Source: Patescibacteria group bacterium (GTDB lineage Bacteria > Patescibacteriota > Minisyncoccia > Phycocordibacterales > GCA-2747955). From it: 64,000 bases of DNA. Positions within the stretch are counted from its first letter, which is position 1. Each line of letters opens with the position of its first letter. Below, in pieces: positions 49,907 to 61,199 of this stretch. Both the position numbers and the translations under genes were made by a program. Under the pieces are notes generated by a model that was not told where the DNA came from, made no database searches, and saw only the letters and a program-made list of their open reading frames with translations. The DNA is taken from assembly GCA_048538215.1 (NCBI GenBank), contig JBLYPV010000001.1, positions 139,495-203,494 of the forward strand, written 5' to 3'.

Positions 49907-51617
49907 ATTGGGTAAGAGTTTGTTGTAATTGTTGTAAAAATGTTATGGCCTTTTCTTCATCGCCACGGGCTTTCGCCTGGCGATATTGTTGCATCAATGA
50001 TTGTTGATGTTCTTTAAAACGATATGTAGACAAATGCTCCAATAGCTCAGTGATGTCATTTTTGAGTATTATACTTGTTTCGTAAAGCTTTTCAAGTTTA
50101 AAGAGCTCCGCTTCAAGATGTTCTAAATGTGATAGCTCCTCAAGGGCCGACTCTAGAGACACTCTTGTGTCCTCATCAATTTGAGCATAAATATCCATCT
50201 CAATATCAATCATTCGTTTTGGAATCGAGAGTGTCTTTTGCCAGTGAGTAATAAGAGCCAGTCGCCTAAGAGGAGTGTGCCCTGGCTCTATAAGCGAAGT
50301 GGGTGCTCTTTCTTCTCTTTGATTGGCAGGTAGAGCTTGAGCTTTCGATCGCTTCGTGCCATATTTGCCAAGCTCCATTCGTAGGGCATCAGAGCTTAGG
50401 TGGAGCTTTTGGGCAACATACTGGAGATATCTGTCTTGCTCGATAGCATTACCATGATGAGCAAGTAATGGGAAAATAGTATCTTCGATAGCTTTATTCC
50501 GCTCACGCTCTTTCATACCTGTATGCACTATGTGGTGCACCCAATACTCAAACACGTCCTTAGATTCTCTAATAATCCGCTTGTATTCTTCTTTGTCTTT
50601 TACAATGATATCAGCAGGGTCTAGGCCTTGGGGTAAACTAGCAATTTTCACTTCAAAATTTAGCTCAAGAGCGAGCAGTGATGCACGAAAGGCCGCCCGA
50701 ATTCCTGCTTCATCACTATCAAAGACAAAAATAAGCCTATCGGCAAATCTGCGAATAAGAGACAGGTGATCTTTTGAAAGAGCAGTTCCTGAAGTAGCAA
50801 GCGTATTGGGAAATACTGATTGCCCCATTACTAAATCTACCTGTCCCTCTACTATGATAGCGAAGTTATTCTTACGAATTGCATGCTTGGCAGTATCGAT
50901 ACCATATAGCTCCTTAGATTTATTAAAGATAGCTGTTTCTGGCGAATTAAGATACTTAGCACTTTGATCGTCACTACCTATATATCGCCCCGATACTGCT
51001 ACTACCTTGCCACTCATATTCCTAAGCGGAAAAATAATCCTTTCACGAAAGCGATCATAATAATTTCCTTGATCTCCTTTTTTGATTAGCCCTACTTTTT
51101 CAATTATTTTTTTATCAATTCCTTTTTTTGACAAAAAGGTTTCCAAATGATTCCATCCCGCTGGAGCATAGCCAATTTGATAATCAATAATTTGCTGTTT
51201 GGTAAATCCTCGCTTTTTTAGATAATCTAAGGCTTCAGAGTGCGTAGCAAGCTCTTTTTGCCAATACCATCGTGCCCACTCCATAATGGCATAGTAATTG
51301 TCTTTACTATCACGAGAAGCTTGTTTGGAATATTCTTTTTGCTCAAGGGGTATTCCGAGCTCCTCAGAAAATTTTTTTAATACTTCAAGAAACTCCATCC
51401 CCTCCATTGCTTGAACAAAGCTAAATATATCTCCCCCTTCTCCACAGCCAAAACATTTATAGCTTCCCCTTTCAGGAGATACAAAAAAAGATGGGGTCTT
51501 TTCTGAGTGAAAAGGGCAAAGCCCAGAATAATTTATCCCAGCTTTTTTGAGCTCTACATATCGCCCGACCACTTCTTCGATAGCCAAAGCTTCTTTTATA
51601 CGCTCTACATCTTGCAT
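49866..51617 (-). CDS. dnaG: DNA primase
   Basis: [35 protein letters not shown]. Confidence 0.98.
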   Translation of the reverse strand: MQDVERIKEALAIEEVVGRYVELKKAGINYSGLCPFHSEKTPSFFVSPERGSYKCFGCGEGGDIFSFVQAMEGMEFLEVLKKFSEELGIPLEQKEYSKQASRDSKDNYYAIMEWARWYWQKELATHSEALDYLKKRGFTKQQIIDYQIGYAPAGWNHLETFLSKKGIDKKIIEKVGLIKKGDQGNYYDRFRERIIFPLRNMSGKVVAVSGRYIGSDDQSAKYLNSPETAIFNKSKELYGIDTAKHAIRKNNFAIIVEGQVDLVMGQSVFPNTLATSGTALSKDHLSLIRRFADRLIFVFDSDEAGIRAAFRASLLALELNFEVKIASLPQGLDPADIIVKDKEEYKRIIRESKDVFEYWVHHIVHTGMKERERNKAIEDTIFPLLAHHGNAIEQDRYLQYVAQKLHLSSDALRMELGKYGTKRSKAQALPANQREERAPTSLIEPGHTPLRRLALITHWQKTLSIPKRMIDIEMDIYAQIDEDTRVSLESALEELSHLEHLEAELFKLEKLYETSIILKNDITELLEHLSTYRFKEHQQSLMQQYRQAKARGDEEKAITFLQQLQQTLTQYGNKTNKKDDHGK

Positions 51618-51638
51618 AACTATGCCTAGTATAGCCCC

Positions 51639-52637
51639 TTAGAGTTTAGCGTCAAATGTATCAATTACTTGTGATCCAGAACGAATATAGATAGTGAGCG
51701 ATTCTTCACCTTCTAAATATGAGGGAATATCGAGTGTGCGCTCACCCATTCCTGCGATAGCAGATCCTAAATAGTGTCGGCGATTATTTGAATCAATGGC
51801 CTCAATATATACAACTGCATTTGGATTAATTGCTCTTGTGTTCCAGCGAGCGGTAATTTGCCCAAGGGAGGCCGAAGGAATACCTGCTGAGAGTGCATTA
51901 GAAGAAAATCCATAATTATTGGTCGGTGTATATGAATTATATGCTGAATAAGAATTAGTGTAGCTGAAATTACTCGAGCCATAGCTTGTATACGGATTGT
52001 TCGAATAAGAATTTAGCGATGGTGACCGATCGTTGTATGTACTTAATGCTGAGCCACTACTAGCTCCTCGTGAAGAATAGTTTCCAGGTGTATAGCTTGA
52101 GCTAAAATTAGTATAGGAGCCCAAGGAATTATAATCGCGATTATTTGTAGTATATGAAGATCCAGATAGACTAGTATTACTTGAAGAGTACGAAGTATTA
52201 TTTTGAGTATTTGAGCTCGTAGTATTAGTAGTCCAAAGATTAGAGTGATCAGCAAAGGGATCGACCCCTAAATTACTAATTTGAGCAGCTAGACTATCAA
52301 AAAGGAATGTGCGTACTACTAGGCTTGAAAGCTCCTTTGTCTGCTTATGGGTAATCAACTCATCAAAAGTAAAGCTTGTATCGAGAAATTGTATATGAGG
52401 AATATCGATGAGGGTATCACGGCCATAGCGACACTTTTTTGTATCTTCAATTATAAGAGTATTATCCCCCTTCTTGCTAATATTAAATTCGTTAACATCA
52501 GCAAAATACTTTACCGTATCTCCATGATTGCTTTGAGTATAGCGCTTGTTGCCATCACCGCAGTGTCCAATACGAGCAGATGCAAAGCCGGTACTTGATA
52601 TAAACAATATTATTACCAGGGCTATAGAGCGTTTCAT
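51639..52637 (-). CDS. secreted protein with RTX-associated-like module and Ser/Asn/Tyr/Thr-rich linker
   Basis: Signal peptide MKRSIALVIILF..ASA; DTVKY...GRDTLIDI.HIQFLD; low-complexity middle. Confidence 0.7.
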   Translation of the reverse strand: MKRSIALVIILFISSTGFASARIGHCGDGNKRYTQSNHGDTVKYFADVNEFNISKKGDNTLIIEDTKKCRYGRDTLIDIPHIQFLDTSFTFDELITHKQTKELSSLVVRTFLFDSLAAQISNLGVDPFADHSNLWTTNTTSSNTQNNTSYSSSNTSLSGSSYTTNNRDYNSLGSYTNFSSSYTPGNYSSRGASSGSALSTYNDRSPSLNSYSNNPYTSYGSSNFSYTNSYSAYNSYTPTNNYGFSSNALSAGIPSASLGQITARWNTRAINPNAVVYIEAIDSNNRRHYLGSAIAGMGERTLDIPSYLEGEESLTIYIRSGSQVIDTFDAKL

Positions 52638-52719
52638 ACTAATCATTATATCATCCGTCTCCATTTCAAGCACCTTTGTTGTACACAAAATAAGCTTTTT
52701 ACTCAATGAAATAGATGCC

Positions 52720-52759
52720 AATAATAGACAAAAGCCCCGAAGGGCTTTTGTCTATTATT
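52720..52759. terminator. rpoBC terminator
   Basis: aataatagacaaaagccc-cgaa-gggcttttgtctattatt. Confidence 0.85.
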
Positions 52760-52792
52760 GAATAATTTTTGAAATTAAACCTACGATTTTAT

Positions 52793-55700
52793 CTATCCTA
52801 TCTCGGAATCCTCACTTACTCGGGCAGCTTCTCGTTCAGCTTCAAGCGCCTCTTCCTCTGCTCTTCGAGCTTCTTCTTCTTGTGCAACTTCTTCTTGCAC
52901 TCGGGCAATCATCTTATACTTTTGAGATTCACTATGCCCTGATCCAGCAGGGATGAGTCGTCCAATGATTACATTTTCTTTCAATCCCTTAAGGTGATCC
53001 TTTGCTCCCTTAAGTGAGCTGTCAATTAAGATACGCACCGTGTGCTGGAACGATGCAGCCGAAAGGAAAGAATCTCGAGAAAGTGACACCTCCGTAATTC
53101 CTAAAACCATTAGATTTGCCTTGGCTTGCGTCTTCCCCTCTTTCTTCAAAAGAGCGTTGACTTCATTAAGCGTAGAATTTTCTACCACTTCACCAACGAT
53201 AAAGCTACTGTCACCGATTTCACTAATACGTGAGCGAGAAAACATTTGCTTAATTACCACCTCGATATGCTTTCGCGATACAGATGATCCTTGTAGCTCA
53301 TAAATTGCCACCGTCTCAGCAATAATGTAATTTTCTGTGGTTTGACGACCTGCAAGCTCTAAAAGCTCCTCCAGATTAGCAGAACCATCTGTCATAAAAT
53401 CTCCTCTTTTGAGCTTATCACCTATTTCTACAGTAGGTGTACGCAAGAATGGTATTTTATATACAGTTTCTTGTGATCCTTTCGATGTGCCACTTGGCTC
53501 TTCCAAGACTGTTATGAGCTTTTTAGTACCGTCATCTTCAATAGCAATGATCTCCCCATCTGCTTTAGCCAGGACTGCTGGTACTTTTGGCTTGCGTCGC
53601 TCAAAAATTTCTTCTACACGGGGCAATCCTTGAGTAATGTCCCCAGCTTGTGAAGCAGCTCCAGCTGCATGGAAGGTACGCATAGTCAGCTGAGTACCTG
53701 GCTCTCCAATTGCCTGGGCTGCGATAGTACCCACCGTCTCTCCCATATCAACAATCTGATCGCTTCCCATATCCATTCCATAACACTTCTGACATACACC
53801 ATTGAGCGTCTTACAAGTAATTGGTGAAAATACTTTCACTAATTCAATATGATCGAGAGCCTCAATATCCATAGCATCTTTAATGGTCACAAAGTGTCCA
53901 GCTTCATAGAGCATTTTGCCTTTCGGTCCGGTAATTGCCTCTGCAAGATGTCGACCACGAATATTTTTGGATAGTGGAATCTGGATACCAGATGTTGTGC
54001 GAGCAATTGTAATAGAATCTTTTGTTTTACAATCTTTTTCGCGAACAATCATATCTTGACACACATCGAAGAGTCGCCGGGTCAAATATCCAGCCTTAGC
54101 AGTATTAAGCGCCGTATCTGCCAAACCTTTGCGTGATCCATGAGTAGTAATAAAGTATTCAATTGGATCAAGCCCTTCTTTGGTAGATGATTTAACAGGA
54201 AACTCAATCGACTCATTAGTCACATCATTTACAATTCCTTTCATACCTGCCATCGTAGAGAGATTTCCTTTTGATCCACGAGCGCCAGAATTAGTCATAT
54301 CTGATACTGATGAATTCTCATTCATTGCCTTAGGAATTGCATCCTCCACTTGTGATTTTATATCCATCCAAATTTCCACATTCTTTCTTCGTCGTTCTGC
54401 TTGGGAAATCAATCCTGTCTCATATTGCCCCCACACTTCCTTGACTCGCTTATTCCCTTCTTCAATCAAGCCAGCTTTAGACTCTGGGATGACTACATCA
54501 TCATTCGACCATGTAATACCAGAAACGGTAGCATATTTAAATCCAAAATTCTTAATTGAATCAAGGATTTTTGGTATTTTTGCAATCCCATAGAAGGCAA
54601 TTAGCTCATTTTCAAGCTTTCCAATTCCTTTTTTATCCATTAAGCCATTCACAAATGGATAGTCGCTTGGTAGATAAGAATTAAAGAGCAATCGGCCAAC
54701 AGTCGTTTCAAATACTTGTCCATCATAAGAGCTATATTTTGGAGTGTCTGTGCCGAGCACTTTGATTTTTGCTCTAAAATCAGTAATACCATAATCCCAT
54801 GAATTAATAGCATCATTGGGTGAAGAAAAACATTTTCCTTCCCCTTTCGCACCACTAATCATTTTTGTTGCCCAGTAAGTACCTAGGACAATATCCAGCT
54901 TGCTATTGACAATGAGCTCACCATTACCTGGCTTAAGCACATTCTTATCACTTGCCATAATTTCTCGTGCTTCTGCTTGTGCCTCAGCTGAAAGTGGTAA
55001 GTGAACGGCCATAGTGTCACCATCAAAGTCAGCATTAAAGGCTGCACAAACTGAGGGATGAATCTGAATTGACTTTCCTTCAGCTAGCTGTGGACGAAAG
55101 GCCTGGAGTCCTAATTTGTGCAATGTCGGAGCTCGGTTGAGCATGACATACTTCCCTTCCATCACCTCTTCGAGAAGGGCCCATACATAATCCTCACCCT
55201 CATCTATCAAACGATTAGCAAGCTTGATATTATGAGCGTATTCTTGCTCGAGAAGCTTTGATACTACAAATGGACGGAAAAGCTCGAGTGCCATCTTTTT
55301 GGGCAATCCACACTCATCCATATCAAGCTCAGGGCCCACCACAATTACTGAACGACCAGAATAATCTACTCGTTTACCAAGCAAATTCTGTCGAAATATT
55401 CCCGACTTTCCTTTTAGATTTTCAGATAGCGATTTGAGTGGTCGCTTTTGTGCCGATGAAAGAGCTTGTGAGCCACCGGATCGCATATTATTGTCAATGA
55501 GAGCATCAATGGCTTCTTGGAGAATTCGTTTTTCATTTCGTAAAATTACATCAGGTGCCCCTATGTTCATCAGCTTTTTGAGTCGATTGTTACGGTTAAT
55601 AACACGACGATAGAGATCATTAACATCAGAAGTAGCATGTCTTCCACCTCCTAGAGGTACCATTGGGCGTAGAGCTGGTGGCGTAATCGGCAAGTGAGTA

Positions 55701-56515
55701 AGAAACATCCATTCTGGGCGCAAATTTGCAGCAATAAGCTGAGTAAGTAGATTGATGCGCTTGACAAGCTTTGGTCTCTCCACGGCACTGGCGTCGGGAA
55801 GTCGTTTTTCTAATTGCTTAAGCAATTTAGGCATATTAATTTCTTTGACTAAATTATATACTGCCTCCGCTCCAATCCCAGATTTGAAAAGGCCTGGATA
55901 TTTTACTTCGTATCTGGAATGAGTAATTTCATCCAATACATCTCCCTCTCGCAAGCCGGTAACCTCTTTTTTTACCTTAGTCAAAAGCTCTTTCAAATTA
56001 TCAATATCGGAATCTTTTTCAAGCTGTTTAACTTTATCTTTATATTCCTTATCAAGCTTTGCAAGGATATTTTTCCGTTCATCTTCATTAATATTATGTA
56101 CGATATATCCGCCAAAATATACTACTTTTTCGAGCTCAGAGGCTTGAATACCCATAATCAATCCTATTCGAGATGGGATTGATCGTAAGTACCAAATATG
56201 TGATACAGGGCTTGCAAGCTCAATATGCCCCATACGAGACCGGCGCACTACTGAACGAGTGATTTCTACTCCACATTTTTCGCATACTATACCACGATAG
56301 CGTACCCCTTTATACTTACCACAATAACACTCATAATCCTTTTCTGGGCCAAAAATTTTTTCATCAAAAAGTCCGCCCTTTTCTGATCGTTGTGTACGAT
56401 AATTGATCGTTTCAGGACGAGTGACTTCTCCATATGACCACGAAAGAATATCCTCAGGTGAAGCGAGCTTTAATTGTACTGTATCGAAGTTCTGCATTTT
56501 ATTTTGTTGACTCAT
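52793..56515 (-). CDS. rpoC: RNA polymerase beta' subunit
   Basis: Zn ribbon CYCGKY..CEKC, NADFDGD, GEPGTQLTMRTFH. Confidence 0.99.
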   Translation of the reverse strand: MSQQNKMQNFDTVQLKLASPEDILSWSYGEVTRPETINYRTQRSEKGGLFDEKIFGPEKDYECYCGKYKGVRYRGIVCEKCGVEITRSVVRRSRMGHIELASPVSHIWYLRSIPSRIGLIMGIQASELEKVVYFGGYIVHNINEDERKNILAKLDKEYKDKVKQLEKDSDIDNLKELLTKVKKEVTGLREGDVLDEITHSRYEVKYPGLFKSGIGAEAVYNLVKEINMPKLLKQLEKRLPDASAVERPKLVKRINLLTQLIAANLRPEWMFLTHLPITPPALRPMVPLGGGRHATSDVNDLYRRVINRNNRLKKLMNIGAPDVILRNEKRILQEAIDALIDNNMRSGGSQALSSAQKRPLKSLSENLKGKSGIFRQNLLGKRVDYSGRSVIVVGPELDMDECGLPKKMALELFRPFVVSKLLEQEYAHNIKLANRLIDEGEDYVWALLEEVMEGKYVMLNRAPTLHKLGLQAFRPQLAEGKSIQIHPSVCAAFNADFDGDTMAVHLPLSAEAQAEAREIMASDKNVLKPGNGELIVNSKLDIVLGTYWATKMISGAKGEGKCFSSPNDAINSWDYGITDFRAKIKVLGTDTPKYSSYDGQVFETTVGRLLFNSYLPSDYPFVNGLMDKKGIGKLENELIAFYGIAKIPKILDSIKNFGFKYATVSGITWSNDDVVIPESKAGLIEEGNKRVKEVWGQYETGLISQAERRRKNVEIWMDIKSQVEDAIPKAMNENSSVSDMTNSGARGSKGNLSTMAGMKGIVNDVTNESIEFPVKSSTKEGLDPIEYFITTHGSRKGLADTALNTAKAGYLTRRLFDVCQDMIVREKDCKTKDSITIARTTSGIQIPLSKNIRGRHLAEAITGPKGKMLYEAGHFVTIKDAMDIEALDHIELVKVFSPITCKTLNGVCQKCYGMDMGSDQIVDMGETVGTIAAQAIGEPGTQLTMRTFHAAGAASQAGDITQGLPRVEEIFERRKPKVPAVLAKADGEIIAIEDDGTKKLITVLEEPSGTSKGSQETVYKIPFLRTPTVEIGDKLKRGDFMTDGSANLEELLELAGRQTTENYIIAETVAIYELQGSSVSRKHIEVVIKQMFSRSRISEIGDSSFIVGEVVENSTLNEVNALLKKEGKTQAKANLMVLGITEVSLSRDSFLSAASFQHTVRILIDSSLKGAKDHLKGLKENVIIGRLIPAGSGHSESQKYKMIARVQEEVAQEEEARRAEEEALEAEREAARVSEDSEIG

Positions 56516-56528
56516 AGTATATTCTGAT

Positions 56529-59500
56529 TTAGTTGGCGTGTTCACCTTCTTCTAATAATTCAATATCAAGTGCCAAGCCCTTGAGATTATAGGTCATCAC
56601 ATTAAATGATTCTGGCAAATTCGGCAAAACAGTATTTCGGCCCTTAATAATAGCTTCATACATTGCAGATCTACCAATAATATCATCTGATTTTACAGTA
56701 AGCATTTCTCGTAGAGTATAGGCTGCTCCGTGTCCCAACAACGCCCAGACCTCCATTTCTCCAAATCGTTGTCCTCCTTCATTTGATTTTCCACCAAGAG
56801 GCTGTTGATTGATCAAGCTATAAGGCCCGACCGAGCGCATATGAATTTTATCCTCCACCATATGATGCAATTTAAGAATATACATATACCCCACTGCTAT
56901 ATCTTGAGCAAAGAATTCTCCTGTGCGTCCATCCATCAGTGGCACCTTTCCACTATCTTTAAATCCGGCTTTAGTAAGCTCTGCTTTAATTTCTTCATCG
57001 GTAGCACCAGAAAATGGTGGCACAATGGCCTGATAATCAAGCGTATGTGCTGCAAGTCCAAGGTGTAGCTCAAGAATCTGTCCAAGATTCATACGAGAAG
57101 GTACACCGAGCGGAGTAAGGATGATGTCAATAGGTGTCCCATCCTCCATATAAGGCATATCTTCTTCAGGTAGTATTTTTGATACCACACCCTTATTCCC
57201 ATGTCGACCAGCGAGCTTGTCCCCGACATTGATATTCCGCATTTCAGCCAATTGAATATAGATTTTTCTAATGACACCCGATTCCGAGATCTCTCCCTGA
57301 GCACGATCAAAAATTCTTACTCCAATGACTCGAGCTTTTGTACCCCCCTTGTATCGCAATGAGGTATCCTTAACATCACGCGCCTTCTCTCCAAAAATAG
57401 ATCGGAGTAAACGCTCTTCTGGGGTGAGCTGGCTCTCACCCTTAGGGGTAATCTTCCCTACCAAAATATCTCCTTTCTCCACCTCGGCTCCCACGCGGAT
57501 AATTCCATCTTCATCCAGAAATCGTAATTTAGCCTCAGATACATTTGGAATATCGTGAGTTGTCTGCTCGGGGCCAAGCTTGGTATCACGCACCTCCATG
57601 ACTGCCTCTTCGATGTGAATATTGGTAAATCGAGCGTGTTTGACTAAGCGTTCTGAAACAACAATCGCATCCTCGAAATTCGCCCCATAAAATGACATAA
57701 AGGCAGTCAGTATATTTTGTCCAACTGCTATTTGCCCATTATCTGATGATGAAGTATCAGCCAAGAGAGCTCCCTGCTTCACCTTATCTCCAACATTGAC
57801 GACTGGACGCTGGTGAAAATTAGATGAGGCGTTGGTGCCAGCAAAATTAATCAATGAATATTCTATCTCTCGCTTACTTCCCTTCACTACAATCTTATCA
57901 GCATTTGCTACGGTGACTGTCCCTGCTTCCTTGGCATAGACAAGACGACCAGTATAGCGTGCCGCATCTTCCTCAATACCAGTAGCTATAATCGGGGCTT
58001 CTGGCTTCAAACAAGGCACTGCTTGCTTCTGCATATTACTACCCATAAGTGCCCGGTTTGCCTCATTGTGATTAACAAAAGGAATCATAGCAGTCGCTAT
58101 CGAAAATGGCTGATAGGCAGACACATCTACGAATTCTACTTCTTCACGAGAGACTACTCGTGGATCTCCCTGATTACGCACCTCAATAGTATCTTGGGTA
58201 AGATTCCCATCTTTATCACATGCTACTGCTGAGTGGGCTATGTTTGCTTCTGCTTCAGCATAAGCATCTAAATAGTGTATTTTATCAGTAATTTTTCCAT
58301 CCTTTACTACTGCATAGGGAGTTTCAATAATACCGAATCGATTGACAGTGGCATATGATGACATACGCAAAATCAATCCAATATTTTGTCCTTCAGGAGT
58401 CTGAATGGGACACAATCTTCCGTAGTGGGATGGGTGCACATCACGTACCTCAAAGCCCGCACGCTCACGCACGAGCCCTCCCGGCCCAAGAGCCGATACC
58501 GTACGTAGCTTCTCTAGCTCCATTAAGATATTTTCTTGCTCTGCAAACTGGCAAAGCTGGTTGGTGTTGTAGAATTCTTTGATACGAGCCTGCAATGGTC
58601 GTGGATTGACAAAAGAAGAAGGATCAATGGCCTCACTATCAGAAATCGACATCCTGTCCTGGATATTTCGCTTCATTTGCAAAAGACCTAATCGAAATTT
58701 TTGTGCGATCATTTCATCAAAAAATCGTAGTCGTCGTGAGCCAAGATTATCAATATCATCTGGCATACTTCCCGGAATAGTATTAAGCTCAACAATTTTT
58801 TCTACAATAGTCACCAAATCATCAAGACTTAGAATTTGTTCTGCTTGCGTATATTTCTTTGGCATCTTTTTGCCAAAACGAGAATTAAATCGTACCCGAC
58901 CCATTTCTGAAAGATCATATCGCTCGACACCAAAAAATAGTGTTTCAATAAATTCTTTAGCATGCACCGAAGCTACTACTTCTCCATCTCGTAGTCTCTT
59001 GTATATCTCTACGTATGATGAATCTGTATCGTGAGCTGAATCCTTAGCAAGCGATGCTTCAATAAAACGCTTGGCGTCATCAGATTTAAAAAGTTTTAGT
59101 ATGTCTTCATTGCTCCCTGCACCGAAAACTCGCAAGAGCGAAGTAACGGCTATTTTTCGCTTTCGGTCGATTTTGACATAAATTGCGTCGTTTAGATCTG
59201 ACTCAAATTCAAGCCAACTACCCCGAGCAGGAATAATTTTGGCTCCAAACAACTGCTTTGTTTTAGTCTCATCAACAGTAAAAAACACCCCAAAGCTTCG
59301 CGCGAGCTGAGGAATAATAACTTTTTCAATTCCATTGACAATAAATGTACCGTAATCGGTCATTATAGGTAAGTCCAAAAGGAAAAGCTCTTGGGTTTTA
59401 CTCATCCCAGTATTTTTATTGGTAAGGGTAGCATTTACCTTGATGCTACACTCATACGAAAGGCGATGCTCTTTTGCAAAGTATTCGTTATGATCTGGAT

Positions 59501-59702
59501 GAGTGATTTTTATATCATCAAACGAAAGGGTGAATTTTTTACCTGAGTAATCTTCAAGTGGTGAAAATTCATTAAGGAGATTTTTGATTCCTTCCTCAAG
59601 AAATCTATTAAAGGAGTCTGTTTGGTGCTGTACTAAATTGGGCAAAGGGGCACGTGGGAGCCTAAAAGCTCCGAAAGTCTTTTTCTCTTTTGATCCAACC
59701 AT
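56529..59702 (-). CDS. rpoB: RNA polymerase beta subunit
   Basis: GDKLAGRHGNKGVV, GQRFGEMEVWAL, TPEGQNIGL. Confidence 0.99.
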   Translation of the reverse strand: MVGSKEKKTFGAFRLPRAPLPNLVQHQTDSFNRFLEEGIKNLLNEFSPLEDYSGKKFTLSFDDIKITHPDHNEYFAKEHRLSYECSIKVNATLTNKNTGMSKTQELFLLDLPIMTDYGTFIVNGIEKVIIPQLARSFGVFFTVDETKTKQLFGAKIIPARGSWLEFESDLNDAIYVKIDRKRKIAVTSLLRVFGAGSNEDILKLFKSDDAKRFIEASLAKDSAHDTDSSYVEIYKRLRDGEVVASVHAKEFIETLFFGVERYDLSEMGRVRFNSRFGKKMPKKYTQAEQILSLDDLVTIVEKIVELNTIPGSMPDDIDNLGSRRLRFFDEMIAQKFRLGLLQMKRNIQDRMSISDSEAIDPSSFVNPRPLQARIKEFYNTNQLCQFAEQENILMELEKLRTVSALGPGGLVRERAGFEVRDVHPSHYGRLCPIQTPEGQNIGLILRMSSYATVNRFGIIETPYAVVKDGKITDKIHYLDAYAEAEANIAHSAVACDKDGNLTQDTIEVRNQGDPRVVSREEVEFVDVSAYQPFSIATAMIPFVNHNEANRALMGSNMQKQAVPCLKPEAPIIATGIEEDAARYTGRLVYAKEAGTVTVANADKIVVKGSKREIEYSLINFAGTNASSNFHQRPVVNVGDKVKQGALLADTSSSDNGQIAVGQNILTAFMSFYGANFEDAIVVSERLVKHARFTNIHIEEAVMEVRDTKLGPEQTTHDIPNVSEAKLRFLDEDGIIRVGAEVEKGDILVGKITPKGESQLTPEERLLRSIFGEKARDVKDTSLRYKGGTKARVIGVRIFDRAQGEISESGVIRKIYIQLAEMRNINVGDKLAGRHGNKGVVSKILPEEDMPYMEDGTPIDIILTPLGVPSRMNLGQILELHLGLAAHTLDYQAIVPPFSGATDEEIKAELTKAGFKDSGKVPLMDGRTGEFFAQDIAVGYMYILKLHHMVEDKIHMRSVGPYSLINQQPLGGKSNEGGQRFGEMEVWALLGHGAAYTLREMLTVKSDDIIGRSAMYEAIIKGRNTVLPNLPESFNVMTYNLKGLALDIELLEEGEHAN

Positions 59703-59796
59703 ATATAAGTGATCGATTATATGCTTACAAAGTACGCGTGCCACTACTCATTCAAAACGCTGGGAGCATTATACATATAATATACCTAAGAGCAAG

Positions 59797-61095
59797 CTAG
59801 CAAGCCCCCGCCCATCCCGGCAATGGGGCGTATGGCTTCGCTCCACCATAGCACCAATATGTTCTACTCCCCGAATCGTTTCCACTAGGTGCACAATCAG
59901 CCCCATATACGCCGTTCCACTGTACATGCATATAGCTCGAGCCAAATCCCATCCGACAAACACCCAAATCCAAGAGTAACTGTAAAAAAAGTACCTTCTC
60001 ACCTCGGTCTAATTGACTCAAGCTCATATCTACAGATTCATAGTAGGGATGATTACTTCCTTTTCCATCCGTAATACAAGGGCCTTGATTGCGTGGATTA
60101 CTCCGATATGCACTGGTAATCGGAAGTGCTCTATCAATAATACCCGCTTCAAAAAGCACCTGATTGATGTAGGCATCATTTTCTACTGTACGCTCTGAAA
60201 TCATCACATCTTTAGTAGCAGTAGGGACTCCATGCCGACAATCAGCAAAATCTTCTGGAGTCCGATATGGGTTGACTGGCCAGTAGGCGAGCTCACTACC
60301 AGCCCCAGCACTCCCTCTAATACTCGCAGCTCGAGCCTCTGAAATTGCTTCTCTTGTCAGCCGAGTCTTATAATCTGGATCGGTATGTGACATAAATAGG
60401 CGCCTCCCACCTCCTGGATTCATAGGCGGGGCATTGTAGGTAGATACATAATCTGTATTAGTAATTTGTGAGCAACTACCCCCAGTAGCTCTTTCGCATT
60501 CTTCCTTTGTCTCATAACGAGTTGCATTACTATTCCCCAGTTCATCATCAGATTGCCAGACATAGGGCTGTACCTCTATTCCACCATGATCTGGATCGGT
60601 GGGGTCTTCTATCTCAAACATCGTACCATCCGTAACCACCCCCACACCAACATTAGAAGGGAGAATATTATTTTTGCCTAAGTCACCAAAATTTACTAGT
60701 TGTATAGGATTAATAAGAGCAAGAAACATATAGGCACCAATTAAGAGAATTAATCCACCAAAGACAAGAGCGATACGCTCTTTAATATCTGATTTAACTC
60801 CTGGAATAGCACTAGCACTATAACGGACTCCTTCTATCACTAAAATGATTACTGCTAGTGCTATAGAGAGAGCTATAGATAGTTTATAGATAGTGTTGAT
60901 GAGTTCGGTGAAGTTGCCAGCTTCACTTGCTGATTTAAATCCAGGAATATCGGTAAGTAGCTGATAATCACCTTGGCTTTGAGTACCTCCTGTACTTTCT
61001 GCAAAAACATTTCCACTCACAAAAAAAAGCGCGAGCAGTAAGACACTTACGCCTAGTGCAAAAAAGAAAAGGTACCGTGGCAATCGCAAATGCAT
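59797..61095 (-). CDS. CPR-type pilin-like membrane protein with C-terminal peptidase M15-like domain
   Basis: Signal peptide plus TM hairpin (..GGLILLIGAYMFLALINP); ITSAYR..SNH...VD...HV metal-binding pattern. Confidence 0.75.
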   Translation of the reverse strand: MHLRLPRYLFFFALGVSVLLLALFFVSGNVFAESTGGTQSQGDYQLLTDIPGFKSASEAGNFTELINTIYKLSIALSIALAVIILVIEGVRYSASAIPGVKSDIKERIALVFGGLILLIGAYMFLALINPIQLVNFGDLGKNNILPSNVGVGVVTDGTMFEIEDPTDPDHGGIEVQPYVWQSDDELGNSNATRYETKEECERATGGSCSQITNTDYVSTYNAPPMNPGGGRRLFMSHTDPDYKTRLTREAISEARAASIRGSAGAGSELAYWPVNPYRTPEDFADCRHGVPTATKDVMISERTVENDAYINQVLFEAGIIDRALPITSAYRSNPRNQGPCITDGKGSNHPYYESVDMSLSQLDRGEKVLFLQLLLDLGVCRMGFGSSYMHVQWNGVYGADCAPSGNDSGSRTYWCYGGAKPYAPLPGWAGAC

Positions 61096-61199
61096 ATTAC
61101 TATTCTACCAGGAAAAATATGCTCTCATAAACAGCTTGTACACATAGCTATCCCACTTTGAAATATGAGCTCGTTTCTCTCTCGTGCTATAATTATTTT

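Noticed and set aside
53040-59034. Numerous antisense ORFs within rpoBC and other housekeeping genes
   Set aside because: Shadow frames of conserved genes with no independent motifs.
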